Positions 54,111-62,474 of a stretch of 62,646 nt of DNA are shown here, in pieces; the first letter of the stretch is position 1; the number at the start of each line of letters is the position of its first letter. The position numbers and the translations under genes were made by a program. The notes under the pieces are model-generated. The model searched no databases and had not been told where the DNA came from. It saw nothing but the letters and a program-made list of their open reading frames with translations. Origin of the DNA: a virus (lineage: Duplodnaviria > Caudoviricetes); the IMG/VR virus record IMGVR_UViG_3300035703_000094, positions 1-62,646 of that record. The stretch is one strand, 5' to 3'.

Positions 54111-54407
54111 ATGAAGATTGAACTGAGACCACAGGATGGTGCGCGGTACAAAAAGACACGTGTCTATGTGTGGCGCGATGACGAGACCATCACAGAGAAC
54201 ATAATCAATCGACGCTTCAGACCCCACAGGCAGTGGAGGAAGGACGTGCTGCCCAAAGTTTTCAGTGAGTTAGGTTTGGCTGAAGGTACAAGGGCACGTT
54301 GGAGTCAGTACGCAGGCTGTACCTGCGGCTGCTCACCTGCCTTCATCTTGGACATCAATCTTGCGAACCGTGATGTGCACGTGAAACTGGGAGGAGAACA
54401 GGCATGA
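54111..54407 (+). CDS. Hypothetical protein with a GCxCGCSP motif
   Basis: WSQYAGCTCGCSPAF; GGGAG Shine-Dalgarno. Confidence 0.75.
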   Translation: MKIELRPQDGARYKKTRVYVWRDDETITENIINRRFRPHRQWRKDVLPKVFSELGLAEGTRARWSQYAGCTCGCSPAFILDINLANRDVHVKLGGEQA

Positions 54408-54601
54408 ATGTATCTGAATTGATTGAGATTCTCAAGACACTCGACGGAGATGCCGATGTGGGTATCTTCGTTGACCGGCTGAACGGCGACGAGTGGGAGA
54501 GTGAACTGGTTGTAATGAATGCAGATGACCTAGTCATTGCCAACAGTTACGCTGCCTTCCAAGTACCAAGCGAAAGGAGTTTCGACGATGACGAAGAGTG
54601 A
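54404..54601 (+). CDS. Small acidic hypothetical protein
   Basis: Begins MNVSELIEILK..D.D..V; GGAGG Shine-Dalgarno. Confidence 0.75.
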   Translation: MNVSELIEILKTLDGDADVGIFVDRLNGDEWESELVVMNADDLVIANSYAAFQVPSERSFDDDEE

Positions 54602-54794
54602 AGTACCTGTATACGTAGTTTGGTGGAGCGACGGTGAGCAGGACTTCGAGCCTGTGTACGCTGCGGCACTAGAGTGTGACGCGACAGACTACATTCTCGA
54701 CCGCGAAGATGACAACGGAAATGTATATGTTATGACGAAGACTTACAGTCAACAGCCAACACTGGAGACAATGCCAGAGGAGGACGAGCAGTGA
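54588..54794 (+). CDS. Small acidic hypothetical protein
   Basis: AAGGAG before ATG 54588. Confidence 0.65.
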   Translation: MTKSEVPVYVVWWSDGEQDFEPVYAAALECDATDYILDREDDNGNVYVMTKTYSQQPTLETMPEEDEQ

Positions 54795-55093
54795 AAACAA
54801 AACATTACTCCAAAGACCCTGCAATCTTAACAGTGACGCGAAGTGACGGAGAAGTGTTATTCCATAGCAAGGGAAAATTGTGGCGTTGTTTGGGCAATCC
54901 AAACTGGATAGAACAAGCGACCCGATTCAAAACACTGCCCCATGCAATAAAGGTAGCGCGAAAGAAATACAGCCGGATGTTAGGTGGATACCTGTCTAGC
55001 TGGACTGTGACTACTGCGATACCGAAGGTATTGACAGAGGAGATGCCTTCCTATCGGGCCGAGGATAGCGAGTCTAAGCTAAGCATAGACTAG
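54791..55093 (+). CDS. Hypothetical basic protein
   Basis: GTGA overlap; GGAGG upstream. Confidence 0.65.
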   Translation: MKTKHYSKDPAILTVTRSDGEVLFHSKGKLWRCLGNPNWIEQATRFKTLPHAIKVARKKYSRMLGGYLSSWTVTTAIPKVLTEEMPSYRAEDSESKLSID

Positions 55094-55151
55094 CTACGCT
55101 GCGTAGCTATGACTAGCTAAGCATAGACTAGCGTAGCTATAAACTAGCTAC
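55074..55151. repeat. Palindrome-rich repeat tract (candidate origin)
   Basis: AGCTAAGCATAGACTAGC at 55077 and 55115; hairpin tagctacgc-t-gcgtagcta at 55091-55109; several TAGCTA. Confidence 0.75.
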
Positions 55152-55188
55152 CCTTGGCAGTAATGAATAACGTAGGAAGGATAGCCCC

Positions 55189-55216
55189 ATTATACCAAGC
55201 CTCTCAATTCTGTCAA
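55189..55216 (-). promoter_or_regulatory. Consensus sigma70 promoter, antisense to the early arm
   Basis: TTGACA-16-TATAAT with an extended -10 TG. Confidence 0.75.
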
Positions 55217-55247
55217 GTCCAACTTAACAATAGGAGAACAACCTGTT

Positions 55248-55565
55248 ATGACTGTCGTTTCATCTATCGAAAAAGATACCCTGTTCGGCTGCCCTGTGCA
55301 AATCTACACCAGCGTCACTGCCCCCTACGGGGATGGCCTGCTCATGATTAGTCTCGAAGTGCCCAACCATTCGAGCATCCTACTCTACTCGCAGAGTCAA
55401 CGCTCTGCGGTGGAACTGGGCAAGGACAAGAACCTCTACGGCCTGTCAGAGGAAGACAAAAAGATATTGATTAGTTCTGCTCAACACAACATGAAACTGG
55501 AGGAGGTCAAACGTGAAACGTACAACAAAATCAGAAGCATCAGCGAACTGTTCAACCGTGACTGA
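55248..55565 (+). CDS. Hypothetical protein
   Basis: AGGAG Shine-Dalgarno. Confidence 0.75.
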   Translation: MTVVSSIEKDTLFGCPVQIYTSVTAPYGDGLLMISLEVPNHSSILLYSQSQRSAVELGKDKNLYGLSEEDKKILISSAQHNMKLEEVKRETYNKIRSISELFNRD

Positions 55566-55761
55566 GGAGACTAACGTCATCCAACTGAACGTCAATGAAT
55601 CAGGCAGGCGTGGCCACATCCGCAGCAAAGCGGGCTTCCTGTGGGAATACCGTGGCAACGGCCCAGTCTGTACCGAGCGTGGCAAGGCAAGCAAATACAC
55701 CAAGGAGAAACGCAATGAAGACAATGAACGAGTCAAGCGTAGCTACCGACTCACGACCTGA
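55513..55761 (+). CDS. Hypothetical basic protein
   Basis: GGAGG before the GTG start; ends NERVKRSYRL. Confidence 0.6.
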   Translation: MKRTTKSEASANCSTVTEETNVIQLNVNESGRRGHIRSKAGFLWEYRGNGPVCTERGKASKYTKEKRNEDNERVKRSYRLTT

Positions 55762-55921
55762 TGCTCAGGTCATTCCGTTTCCGACGTGGGCAATCCGCCG
55801 CACTCCACCGCAAGCTATCCCATACGAGCAGACCAAGGAGTACGAGGAACGGATGGCCCGCATCCGCGACAAGATTCATCACATCAACCGCATGATACGG
55901 GAAAGGAGCGAGAATGGCTGA
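55715..55921 (+). CDS. Small coiled-coil protein
   Basis: AAGGAG before ATG 55715; VIPFP and ERMARIRDKIHHINRMI. Confidence 0.65.
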   Translation: MKTMNESSVATDSRPDAQVIPFPTWAIRRTPPQAIPYEQTKEYEERMARIRDKIHHINRMIRERSENG

Positions 55922-56198
55922 GCTGTACTTCATGAGCAAGCCTAATAACTTACATCGTGGTTGTATTCGGATGAACTACAAGGGACGCCTAGCTTGGGCG
56001 TTCCTTGAGCGGTGCGAGGATGGCTTTACCTTTCTGTCCAAGCCTGCCGTACTGGTGGTAAGACTGCAAGACAACAATGGAATTACACAGAAGATACGAG
56101 TACTACGTTTCCGCAAACAAGAGAACCTTAACGAATGGGTTTCACAACATCTTCAAGGACTACGAGAGGAAGGATACGATGTCTCATACATGGACTGA
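55914..56198 (+). CDS. Hypothetical protein
   Basis: AAGGAG Shine-Dalgarno. Confidence 0.7.
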   Translation: MAELYFMSKPNNLHRGCIRMNYKGRLAWAFLERCEDGFTFLSKPAVLVVRLQDNNGITQKIRVLRFRKQENLNEWVSQHLQGLREEGYDVSYMD

Positions 56199-56418
56199 AA
56201 TACTCGCTGCATTAACAGACTCAGAACTTCTCGACCTGCTTACAGAAACGGACGGCTATAAAGATGAGATGCTGACCGTCATGGCCGAGCAAGAACTGGA
56301 ACTCAGGAGCATACAACATGGAACTGCTGATTACGACTGCCTTATCCCTGACTGCGACGACCTATGGCTGGGGGGAGAAGATGTGTGGAGACATAGGAAG
56401 ACCACGTTCCTGCACTGA
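56179..56418 (+). CDS. Acidic hypothetical protein
   Basis: AGGA before ATG 56179; overlaps the next gene by 101 bp. Confidence 0.55.
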   Translation: MSHTWTEILAALTDSELLDLLTETDGYKDEMLTVMAEQELELRSIQHGTADYDCLIPDCDDLWLGGEDVWRHRKTTFLH

Positions 56419-56692
56419 CGGTGCGGTGACCGCATCCGGCCAGCCCTTCAAACCATCCATTCCCAGCGCCGCTGTGCCCGCCCCAACCAACCGGAGGATA
56501 CAACCTACCATCCTGTACCTGAAACTCAAGGGCGTGCCCAATGCGCCATGCGTAGCCGTCATCCTGAATGACAAGGCGAACCCGCGCTGGATAGGCCAGC
56601 GTGGATTAGACCTCAGCCCTGCCGCAGTGCAGGCCCTGACAGGCAAGATGCCCACACCCTATTGGCAAGGAGAAGTTGAACAATGCCAGTGA
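56318..56692 (+). CDS. RlpA-like double-psi beta-barrel protein (possible lytic transglycosylase)
   Basis: TATTYG, TASGQPF, SAAV, VILND, RGLDLSPAA..AL. Confidence 0.75.
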   Translation: MELLITTALSLTATTYGWGEKMCGDIGRPRSCTDGAVTASGQPFKPSIPSAAVPAPTNRRIQPTILYLKLKGVPNAPCVAVILNDKANPRWIGQRGLDLSPAAVQALTGKMPTPYWQGEVEQCQ

Positions 56693-56970
56693 ACAAAACA
56701 CGCTTTACATACAGAGCCGAATACGATACACACGGCAATCTGATAGGCACCACACTCGTAGACACAGGCGGTTACTTTGCCAATTGGAAACCCGAAGACT
56801 TAGCAAAGATTGCCGAGCATCTCACACCAAAGTACAGCGGTGGAAACATGAGTGAAACATTCTCGGACATCTACTTCAACCACTGTCTCAGAAGGGAGTT
56901 AGAAGCATGCGAGAAGGGCTTGGAATCTTTGTCTGTTCAGTTGTCCTCGGAGCCTGCGGGAGTACGCTGA
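56683..56970 (+). CDS. Hypothetical protein
   Basis: AAGGAG Shine-Dalgarno. Confidence 0.65.
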   Translation: MPVNKTRFTYRAEYDTHGNLIGTTLVDTGGYFANWKPEDLAKIAEHLTPKYSGGNMSETFSDIYFNHCLRRELEACEKGLESLSVQLSSEPAGVR

Positions 56971-57425
56971 TAAGTTGCGGAACTATTGAGGAATTACAAC
57001 CGGAACCAGTCCGACCTGTACCTGTGCTTATTGCCGAAGGGGAGCTGCGTGAGGTGGCTACGCAATTCATTGCTGACTGCAAGAAACATCTTATTGCACA
57101 ACGATGCCAACTGCCGTACCGCATTACTATGAGTTATTACCCAGAACAAAAACAACCGATGACAAGAGGTTATGCAGAGCAGTGGGGCCGAGGTTCAGTC
57201 ATTACGGAGGTGAAGATTGGCATTGTAGATTACTTGCAAACATGGAAGGATAGCCTGAAAGTTGTTGCCTATCACGAACTATTCCACGCCTTCTTTAACC
57301 TTGACCACGACGATACTTCATTCGGTATCATGAACACTTCAGGCAATTTTATTGACGATAAATACTTGTTGGAAGACTTTGATTACTTTGTAAAAAAGGA
57401 GTTTAACCGTGTCAAACACAAATAA
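56907..57425 (+). CDS. Metzincin-like zinc metallopeptidase, probable lipoprotein
   Basis: HELFHAFFNLDH plus an IMN Met-turn; N-terminal LGAC/LISC lipobox-like motifs. Confidence 0.7.
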   Translation: MREGLGIFVCSVVLGACGSTLISCGTIEELQPEPVRPVPVLIAEGELREVATQFIADCKKHLIAQRCQLPYRITMSYYPEQKQPMTRGYAEQWGRGSVITEVKIGIVDYLQTWKDSLKVVAYHELFHAFFNLDHDDTSFGIMNTSGNFIDDKYLLEDFDYFVKKEFNRVKHK

Positions 57426-57717
57426 TCTTACCGTTGTCAGCCTTGGTTCTCTCTGTTCACAACTGCCCGTCGGAACACTTGTTACGTTAGGCACTGGTAG
57501 TCAGTGGAGACTGCAAAAAAGTTTCGAAGAAAGCGGCCCGCTCTATCTTATTTCCTTGACAAAAGATACACCGACACTTACTCTCGAACAAGCCCAACAA
57601 TTCTTTATTAATGGGGAGAACCTCAATGTCACGTTACCTGATACGCCAAGGGGAAAACGGGTGGACACTCACGACAACTCATCCGTGGGAGGAGGAACAC
57701 CTGCGGGTCAAGGTTGA
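57409..57717 (+). CDS. Hypothetical protein
   Basis: AAGGAG before the GTG start. Confidence 0.55.
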   Translation: MSNTNNLTVVSLGSLCSQLPVGTLVTLGTGSQWRLQKSFEESGPLYLISLTKDTPTLTLEQAQQFFINGENLNVTLPDTPRGKRVDTHDNSSVGGGTPAGQG

Positions 57718-57904
57718 AGTCTATGAACAAGGCCCAACACGGAAGGAGGAATGTGAGGCCCTGCAACGTATGCTCTGGTCGCTTGTTGATGCGCTGCTGC
57801 CCTACGATAAGTGGGCACAGCACAATGTAATGATTAGGATTGAGGCCGGTCATAAACTGGAAAAAGAAACCGAAGAAGATAATGAGGAAAGTACACATGC
57901 GTAA
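57626..57904 (+). CDS. Conserved phage hypothetical protein
   Basis: GGGGAG Shine-Dalgarno; IRQGENGW.L...EVYE...QRMLW...I.IE.G.K.E. Confidence 0.7.
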   Translation: MSRYLIRQGENGWTLTTTHPWEEEHLRVKVEVYEQGPTRKEECEALQRMLWSLVDALLPYDKWAQHNVMIRIEAGHKLEKETEEDNEESTHA

Positions 57905-58628
57905 GATTCTTTTGGCACTCTCGGCTTTGTTCATGGTTGCTGCTGCACCGAAGCATCAGCCCATCGTACTCGACACACACAATACACTCACACTCTTTGG
58001 AGAAGTCAATGAAGGGATGGTTGAGCATGTGGCTAACACCTTGCCTAAACTCGGCCCGACAATCTACGTCAACCTCGTGTCGCCCGGAGGTAGTATCATC
58101 GCAGGAAAGCGAATCATCGACCAACTTACCGCTGCCAGTAATGCTGGAAAGAAAGTTGTCTGCATTCCCCACTTTGCAATCTCTATGGCTTTCGTTATAT
58201 TGCAGAGTTCTGCCTGCCCTGTCCGGCTTGGCCTACCGTCTTCTGTGCTGATGCAACATCAGCCCTCACTTGTCATCGAAGGCCCTTTCCACAATGCAGT
58301 CAATCAGTTGGAAGCATTCCGTGTCGAGGTGGTCGAGCTGGAAAAGATGCAGGCTGAGCGTCTCAAGATGCCTTTGCACGAGTTTGTGGCACGGACAGCT
58401 TTCGATATGTGGCTAAACTCTGGTCAGCAAGCACTCGCATTCAAGGCTATCGACTCTGTCGGTACTGTCATCTGCTCGCCTGCTCTGCTCAAACGCAAAC
58501 GTGTTGACGAAGTGCAAGGCCCATTCGGTATGACCTTCAAGATAGAGAGCAATGACTGTCCGTATGTTCTTCGGCAGAAACTTGTTTTGCCTGAGAAAAA
58601 AGATAGTAAATTTGAAGTTAGATTCTGA
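57897..58628 (+). CDS. ClpP-family protease with an N-terminal signal peptide
   Basis: MRKILLALSALFMVAAA; SPGGS, AISMAF (Ser), LMQHQPS (His), FDMWL (Asp), A.....ID.V. Confidence 0.82.
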   Translation: MRKILLALSALFMVAAAPKHQPIVLDTHNTLTLFGEVNEGMVEHVANTLPKLGPTIYVNLVSPGGSIIAGKRIIDQLTAASNAGKKVVCIPHFAISMAFVILQSSACPVRLGLPSSVLMQHQPSLVIEGPFHNAVNQLEAFRVEVVELEKMQAERLKMPLHEFVARTAFDMWLNSGQQALAFKAIDSVGTVICSPALLKRKRVDEVQGPFGMTFKIESNDCPYVLRQKLVLPEKKDSKFEVRF

Positions 58629-58653
58629 GAATAAACCTACAGGAGGGTATCTC

Positions 58654-58902
58654 ATGACTACACGTAAGCCGTCTGGATTCATTGCAAAACAGAATCAGAA
58701 GGGATGTGCGAGCACAAAGAACGTCGGGGCAATTAATATGCGACTGGAGCAAAATGAGGCCCGTGTAAAGAACGGACTGGCACCTGTCGTTTCTAAGAAG
58801 CGCCGGTGTCTACGTTGTGACACTACCTTCCTTTCAACCAATGAGCAAAGGTGCTGCGATGGCTGCCGTATTACGAATGCTCGTCAGTCCTATTTTAGCT
58901 AG
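58654..58902 (+). CDS. Small zinc-finger protein
   Basis: AGGAGG Shine-Dalgarno; RRCLRC...F.S....R.CDGC. Confidence 0.75.
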   Translation: MTTRKPSGFIAKQNQKGCASTKNVGAINMRLEQNEARVKNGLAPVVSKKRRCLRCDTTFLSTNEQRCCDGCRITNARQSYFS

Positions 58903-58973
58903 TCTTTATTTGTTGTTGACTCCTGTGCTGCTTCTTGTCATGATGTTCGTCAAGGATGACGAGGAACCCAAGT

Positions 58974-59276
58974 ATGACCGCAACTCCAAGAAAGAAGCGA
59001 GTGAGAAGCAGACCGAGCCACTGGAAAGTGCTCGTGGAGTGGAACTTCACCGAAGACGACCTAACGAATCAGTGGCAACTATTCCTGTTCACCGAAGCAC
59101 AGAAGAGGAGCGACATCGAATGTTGGTTTCCGCATCTGCAAAAGAAAAAGATACCGTATCTGATGGCATCGTACGGACGCATGGACCCCGAAGGCAGGAC
59201 GAAGGACTTGAAACGGGTCTTCGGCGTGTTCGTTCCAAGTCAGTACGTCACTGGCAGACTGGAGGATGAATCATGA
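58974..59276 (+). CDS. Hypothetical protein
   Basis: GAGG upstream; ATGA overlap with the exonuclease gene. Confidence 0.6.
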   Translation: MTATPRKKRVRSRPSHWKVLVEWNFTEDDLTNQWQLFLFTEAQKRSDIECWFPHLQKKKIPYLMASYGRMDPEGRTKDLKRVFGVFVPSQYVTGRLEDES

Positions 59277-60265
59277 CTACGCTCAAACTCCTGTCCACAG
59301 CTAGTCTTCTCGAAGAAGGAGCAAGGCTGCTCTCTGACAAATCACGCATAGAAGAAAAGACCAAGGTAGGTACACTGCGTGGCGGGAGTATTGGGTTGGC
59401 AGAAGGTGCAGAAATTTCTGGCACCTGTGCAAGACAGGCAATGCTGCGGTTTATGGGAATTGATGTAAAAGGAATGGAGGAAGCAAGTACACGCGACCTC
59501 ATGTTCGCTGCAGGACGCACGAACGAGGACAGCTGGTTGGAAGTGCTGGCCCCTGCGTGGCCGGGTAAAATCTTCAGGGAAGAAGAAGTGCCAATCAAAT
59601 GGACAACTAAGTCTAGTGTTGATGTAACAGGACGGCCCGATATGGTTCTGGCTGATGCGGAAGGAACCTTCTTCATCCGTGGCTTGGAACTCAAACTTGT
59701 CTCGTCGCTATGGACAGCACGTACGGTACTCAAGGGAGAGCCGAAGACAGGACATCTCATTCAGGCTGCACATTACATGTGGAAACTCAGTGAGCAGGAA
59801 GGTTACGAGATTCCATTTGAATTGTGGTACACATCTCGCGTTGATTGGCATGTGATGGGCTGGGCACAGAAGCATTTTCCGAAGCATGGAGAGCTGAACT
59901 CCGAGTACTGCGAGTACTCAACCAACAAGGATGGACAATCGGAAATAAAGAAGGTGCTTCCATTCACGAAAGGTTTTCAACTTCGCTTTCTCCCAAGTGG
60001 ACAACTTCAGTTTAAAGATACAGGAGGAAAAAAATGGGTTGACACCATAATCACAAAAGGTAGAATAGCAGCATACTACGAGCATGTAGCAGAGATGGCA
60101 CAGAGTAAGACGCTCAGTCCTCGCCCCGTCAATCTTGACTATAGTGGGCAAAAGGAAAACTGGAAACAATGCGACTTCTGTCCACTCATTAAAACATGCG
60201 AAGAGTATGAGGACAAAGGTTTTGAGGTATGGCTCGCTAACGTCAAAGAAAGGACAAACTCATGA
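59273..60265 (+). CDS. Cas4-like PD-(D/E)xK exonuclease
   Basis: CARQ, GRPD, ELK, Q...Y, C-terminal CDFC.....C. Confidence 0.8.
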   Translation: MTTLKLLSTASLLEEGARLLSDKSRIEEKTKVGTLRGGSIGLAEGAEISGTCARQAMLRFMGIDVKGMEEASTRDLMFAAGRTNEDSWLEVLAPAWPGKIFREEEVPIKWTTKSSVDVTGRPDMVLADAEGTFFIRGLELKLVSSLWTARTVLKGEPKTGHLIQAAHYMWKLSEQEGYEIPFELWYTSRVDWHVMGWAQKHFPKHGELNSEYCEYSTNKDGQSEIKKVLPFTKGFQLRFLPSGQLQFKDTGGKKWVDTIITKGRIAAYYEHVAEMAQSKTLSPRPVNLDYSGQKENWKQCDFCPLIKTCEEYEDKGFEVWLANVKERTNS

Positions 60266-60675
60266 GCATGACCCGCAACGCACCAACTAACATCCGTGGT
60301 TCCGCAGTCTCTAACTCCAAGCCAGTTGCTAAGGCAGGAGGAGTACGCAAGTCTGCTGACTTCTCTCTCTATGTAACAGTCGAGGAGAACGGTGAGAAGG
60401 CAAACAAACGCCTGACCGGAATGTTCTTCGACAAGGCTGGCCCCAAGGGTAAGCAGTACTCAGGCTCGGACAAGGAGAGCGGTGTGAAATACAAGCTGTT
60501 CGCCAACGAGGATGGTACATTCGCTCTCTACGCACGTCAAGGCGGCGAAGAGAAGGGAACAAAGATTTGCATGCTGTCTGAGCGTGAAGCAAAGAACAGC
60601 GGCCTGAAGTATCACTCAGGCAAGAGCGAGGGTGGTGAGTACTACTCACTGTTCCGCAATACACCGAATAGGTGA
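60262..60675 (+). CDS. Possible ssDNA-binding protein with two tandem beta-repeat units
   Basis: Two copies of F.LY...K...SG...G..Y.LF.N; follows the exonuclease and precedes a terminator. Confidence 0.45.
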   Translation: MSMTRNAPTNIRGSAVSNSKPVAKAGGVRKSADFSLYVTVEENGEKANKRLTGMFFDKAGPKGKQYSGSDKESGVKYKLFANEDGTFALYARQGGEEKGTKICMLSEREAKNSGLKYHSGKSEGGEYYSLFRNTPNR

Positions 60676-60683
60676 CACCTGTC

Positions 60684-60710
60684 GGGCAGCTTCGGCTGCC
60701 CTTTCTTTTT
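60684..60710 (+). terminator. Intrinsic terminator
   Basis: gggcagc-TTCG-gctgccc followed by TTTCTTTTT. Confidence 0.9.
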
Positions 60711-60721
60711 GATTCAAGGAG

Positions 60722-60958
60722 ATGAACATGAATAGTGGACTCGTAATTCTACTTGCACTCATTGCGATTGTTACTTCTGTCAGTGGATTGGCTCTTAGCA
60801 GATTGGCAGAGACACCCGAAGTTCCGCCCGGAGATATTTGCGAAGCACTCAAGGGGCCACATCCCAAGAAGGATGTAGAGATTCAGCCCTACTGCCCAGA
60901 CGAAACGCCTACACCCGAGCCTACACCTGCATCACCTGTTAAGAAGGTAGAGAAGTGA
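60722..60958 (+). CDS. Small membrane or secreted Pro-rich protein
   Basis: N-terminal hydrophobic helix, two Cys, TPTPEPTP. Confidence 0.7.
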   Translation: MNMNSGLVILLALIAIVTSVSGLALSRLAETPEVPPGDICEALKGPHPKKDVEIQPYCPDETPTPEPTPASPVKKVEK

Positions 60959-61281
60959 TGACAGTCAAACATGACCAAGATAAGCCAGACTATGCGCTAC
61001 TGACAAGCGGAATGCTGGAACCCATGGTCAGAGCGTTGATGTTCGGAGAGAAGAAATACAGCCGGTTCAATTACAAGACCGGCTTCAAGAATGTACGACT
61101 CACGGCGGCGGCCATGCGCCATATCATGGCCTACAATGGCGGCGAGGACAATGACCCAGAGAGTGGCATCTCTCATCTCGCTCACGCCATGGTTGCACTT
61201 GGAATGCTGCTCGACAACCAAGCAAACGGAGTAATGGAGGAGGGACGCTATGTACCAGACGAGACAATCAGCAGGACTTGA
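60955..61281 (+). CDS. dATP/dGTP diphosphohydrolase (DUF5664-type)
   Basis: KHDQDKP.Y.LL, FG.KKY...N, AMRH, DPESG.SHLAHA. Confidence 0.85.
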   Translation: MMTVKHDQDKPDYALLTSGMLEPMVRALMFGEKKYSRFNYKTGFKNVRLTAAAMRHIMAYNGGEDNDPESGISHLAHAMVALGMLLDNQANGVMEEGRYVPDETISRT

Positions 61282-61654
61282 CCTTGCATCTATTGAAGAT
61301 TGCACTATCCGGCCTAATCAAAGAGTTCTTATCGACACAGGAGTTTATCTTAGGGACGTTCTTCCTGATGCAGTTAATTACATGATTAACCCGCATGTGA
61401 TTATTTGCGGAATGGTCTGTCCACGCTCAGGACTGGCAGCCAAGTATGGTCTCACCGTACTCAATGCACCCGGCATCATTGACCTCGACTATCCGCACAC
61501 AATTAAGGTATGCCTCGTGAACCACGGCGAGGAGACTGTCTGCCTCGACGCAGGTACACGCATCGCCCAGCTAGTCTTCTCTGCATCCTACCGTCGCTCC
61601 GAGTTGGTCAAGGATGTGGAACGGACCGGTGGGTTTGGTTCCACTTCCACGTAG
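61250..61654 (+). CDS. dut: Trimeric dUTPase
   Basis: All five motifs: AGLDL, PRSG, GIID.DY, RIAQL, R.GGFGST. Confidence 0.93.
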   Translation: MYQTRQSAGLDLASIEDCTIRPNQRVLIDTGVYLRDVLPDAVNYMINPHVIICGMVCPRSGLAAKYGLTVLNAPGIIDLDYPHTIKVCLVNHGEETVCLDAGTRIAQLVFSASYRRSELVKDVERTGGFGSTST

Positions 61655-61677
61655 TCTATATTTCAGGAGGGTGAAAC

Positions 61678-61932
61678 ATGGACGTAAGCATCAAAACTTG
61701 GCAGACACTTTTTCCTGAGCTTCGGACAAACGACCTCATCTGCGCATGCGGAAAGCCAAGTCACGGCTGGAAGCCATTCTTAGACCATGATTTGGCAGGC
61801 TTAGAAGCCGCGAGTTGCGACTGCGGAAGGGGCGGGATTACCGTCCTGCAGCCACGCAATGCTGAGGCGAGTGCCCGCTGGATGCAAATTATAAATCTGC
61901 TACTCAGTAAAACAGGGAGTACAGGAAAATGA
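61678..61932 (+). CDS. Cys-containing hypothetical protein
   Basis: AGGAGG Shine-Dalgarno; CACG and CDCG. Confidence 0.7.
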   Translation: MDVSIKTWQTLFPELRTNDLICACGKPSHGWKPFLDHDLAGLEAASCDCGRGGITVLQPRNAEASARWMQIINLLLSKTGSTGK

Positions 61933-62192
61933 TACAAGGACTATTGGGATTCTTTCTTTGCTGGGGTATAGTTATTGGATTGCTTCTCACTGCTATGGAT
62001 TTCGTTCTTCGTGCGCAACAAGCTAGACACGAAGCCACATGCGTCAAAGGGAAGATTATTTCGATTGGCGGTTGTAACAAAGAAGGAAGTTGCGGAGTTA
62101 GTGTCCAAGCAAAAGGCGAGGTAATCGCAGGTGTTTGGGCCTTTCCAACTCTAGGTCAAACCGTATGTATTCGGCGGCGGGTTAATCTGTAA
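61929..62192 (+). CDS. Membrane-anchored Cys-rich protein
   Basis: N-terminal transmembrane helix; IISIGGC....CGV...GQTVC. Confidence 0.7.
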   Translation: MIQGLLGFFLCWGIVIGLLLTAMDFVLRAQQARHEATCVKGKIISIGGCNKEGSCGVSVQAKGEVIAGVWAFPTLGQTVCIRRRVNL

Positions 62193-62208
62193 GTAAGGGA
62201 GACAAAGC

Positions 62209-62427
62209 ATGAAACGCAGTGAGATGATAAAAGAGATTAAGCTAGAGCTAGAACAATGGCATCAACCTATGCCGTCCGATACAGTGCTCAGCCTTATTTT
62301 AAATGCTGTAGAAAACGCAGGCATGCTTCCGCCCGACTATGAAAGAGTTGAGTATGTCAGACCGCCGCAAGCTAAAGGTGTGGCAAGGATTAGGGTTAGA
62401 GTGTACGAATGGGAGGACGAAGAATGA
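62209..62427 (+). CDS. MKRSEM-family small protein A
   Basis: Anchors MKRSEM, VENAGMLPP, WEDEE; AAGGGAG Shine-Dalgarno. Confidence 0.88.
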   Translation: MKRSEMIKEIKLELEQWHQPMPSDTVLSLILNAVENAGMLPPDYERVEYVRPPQAKGVARIRVRVYEWEDEE

Positions 62428-62474
62428 ACAACGAAATTTGCCGCTGCAATGGCTGCACAATGGGGGAAAGAAGA

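Noticed and set aside
55074-55151. Mini CRISPR array
   Set aside because: Only two 18-bp copies, and the sequence between them is itself repetitive rather than a unique spacer.
60955-61281. 2-aminoadenine (Z) genome
   Set aside because: No PurZ or adenylosuccinate-synthetase-like gene recognised.
61275-61307. GGACTTGACC promoter-like site in dut
   Set aside because: It encodes the conserved AGLDL motif and lacks a good -10.
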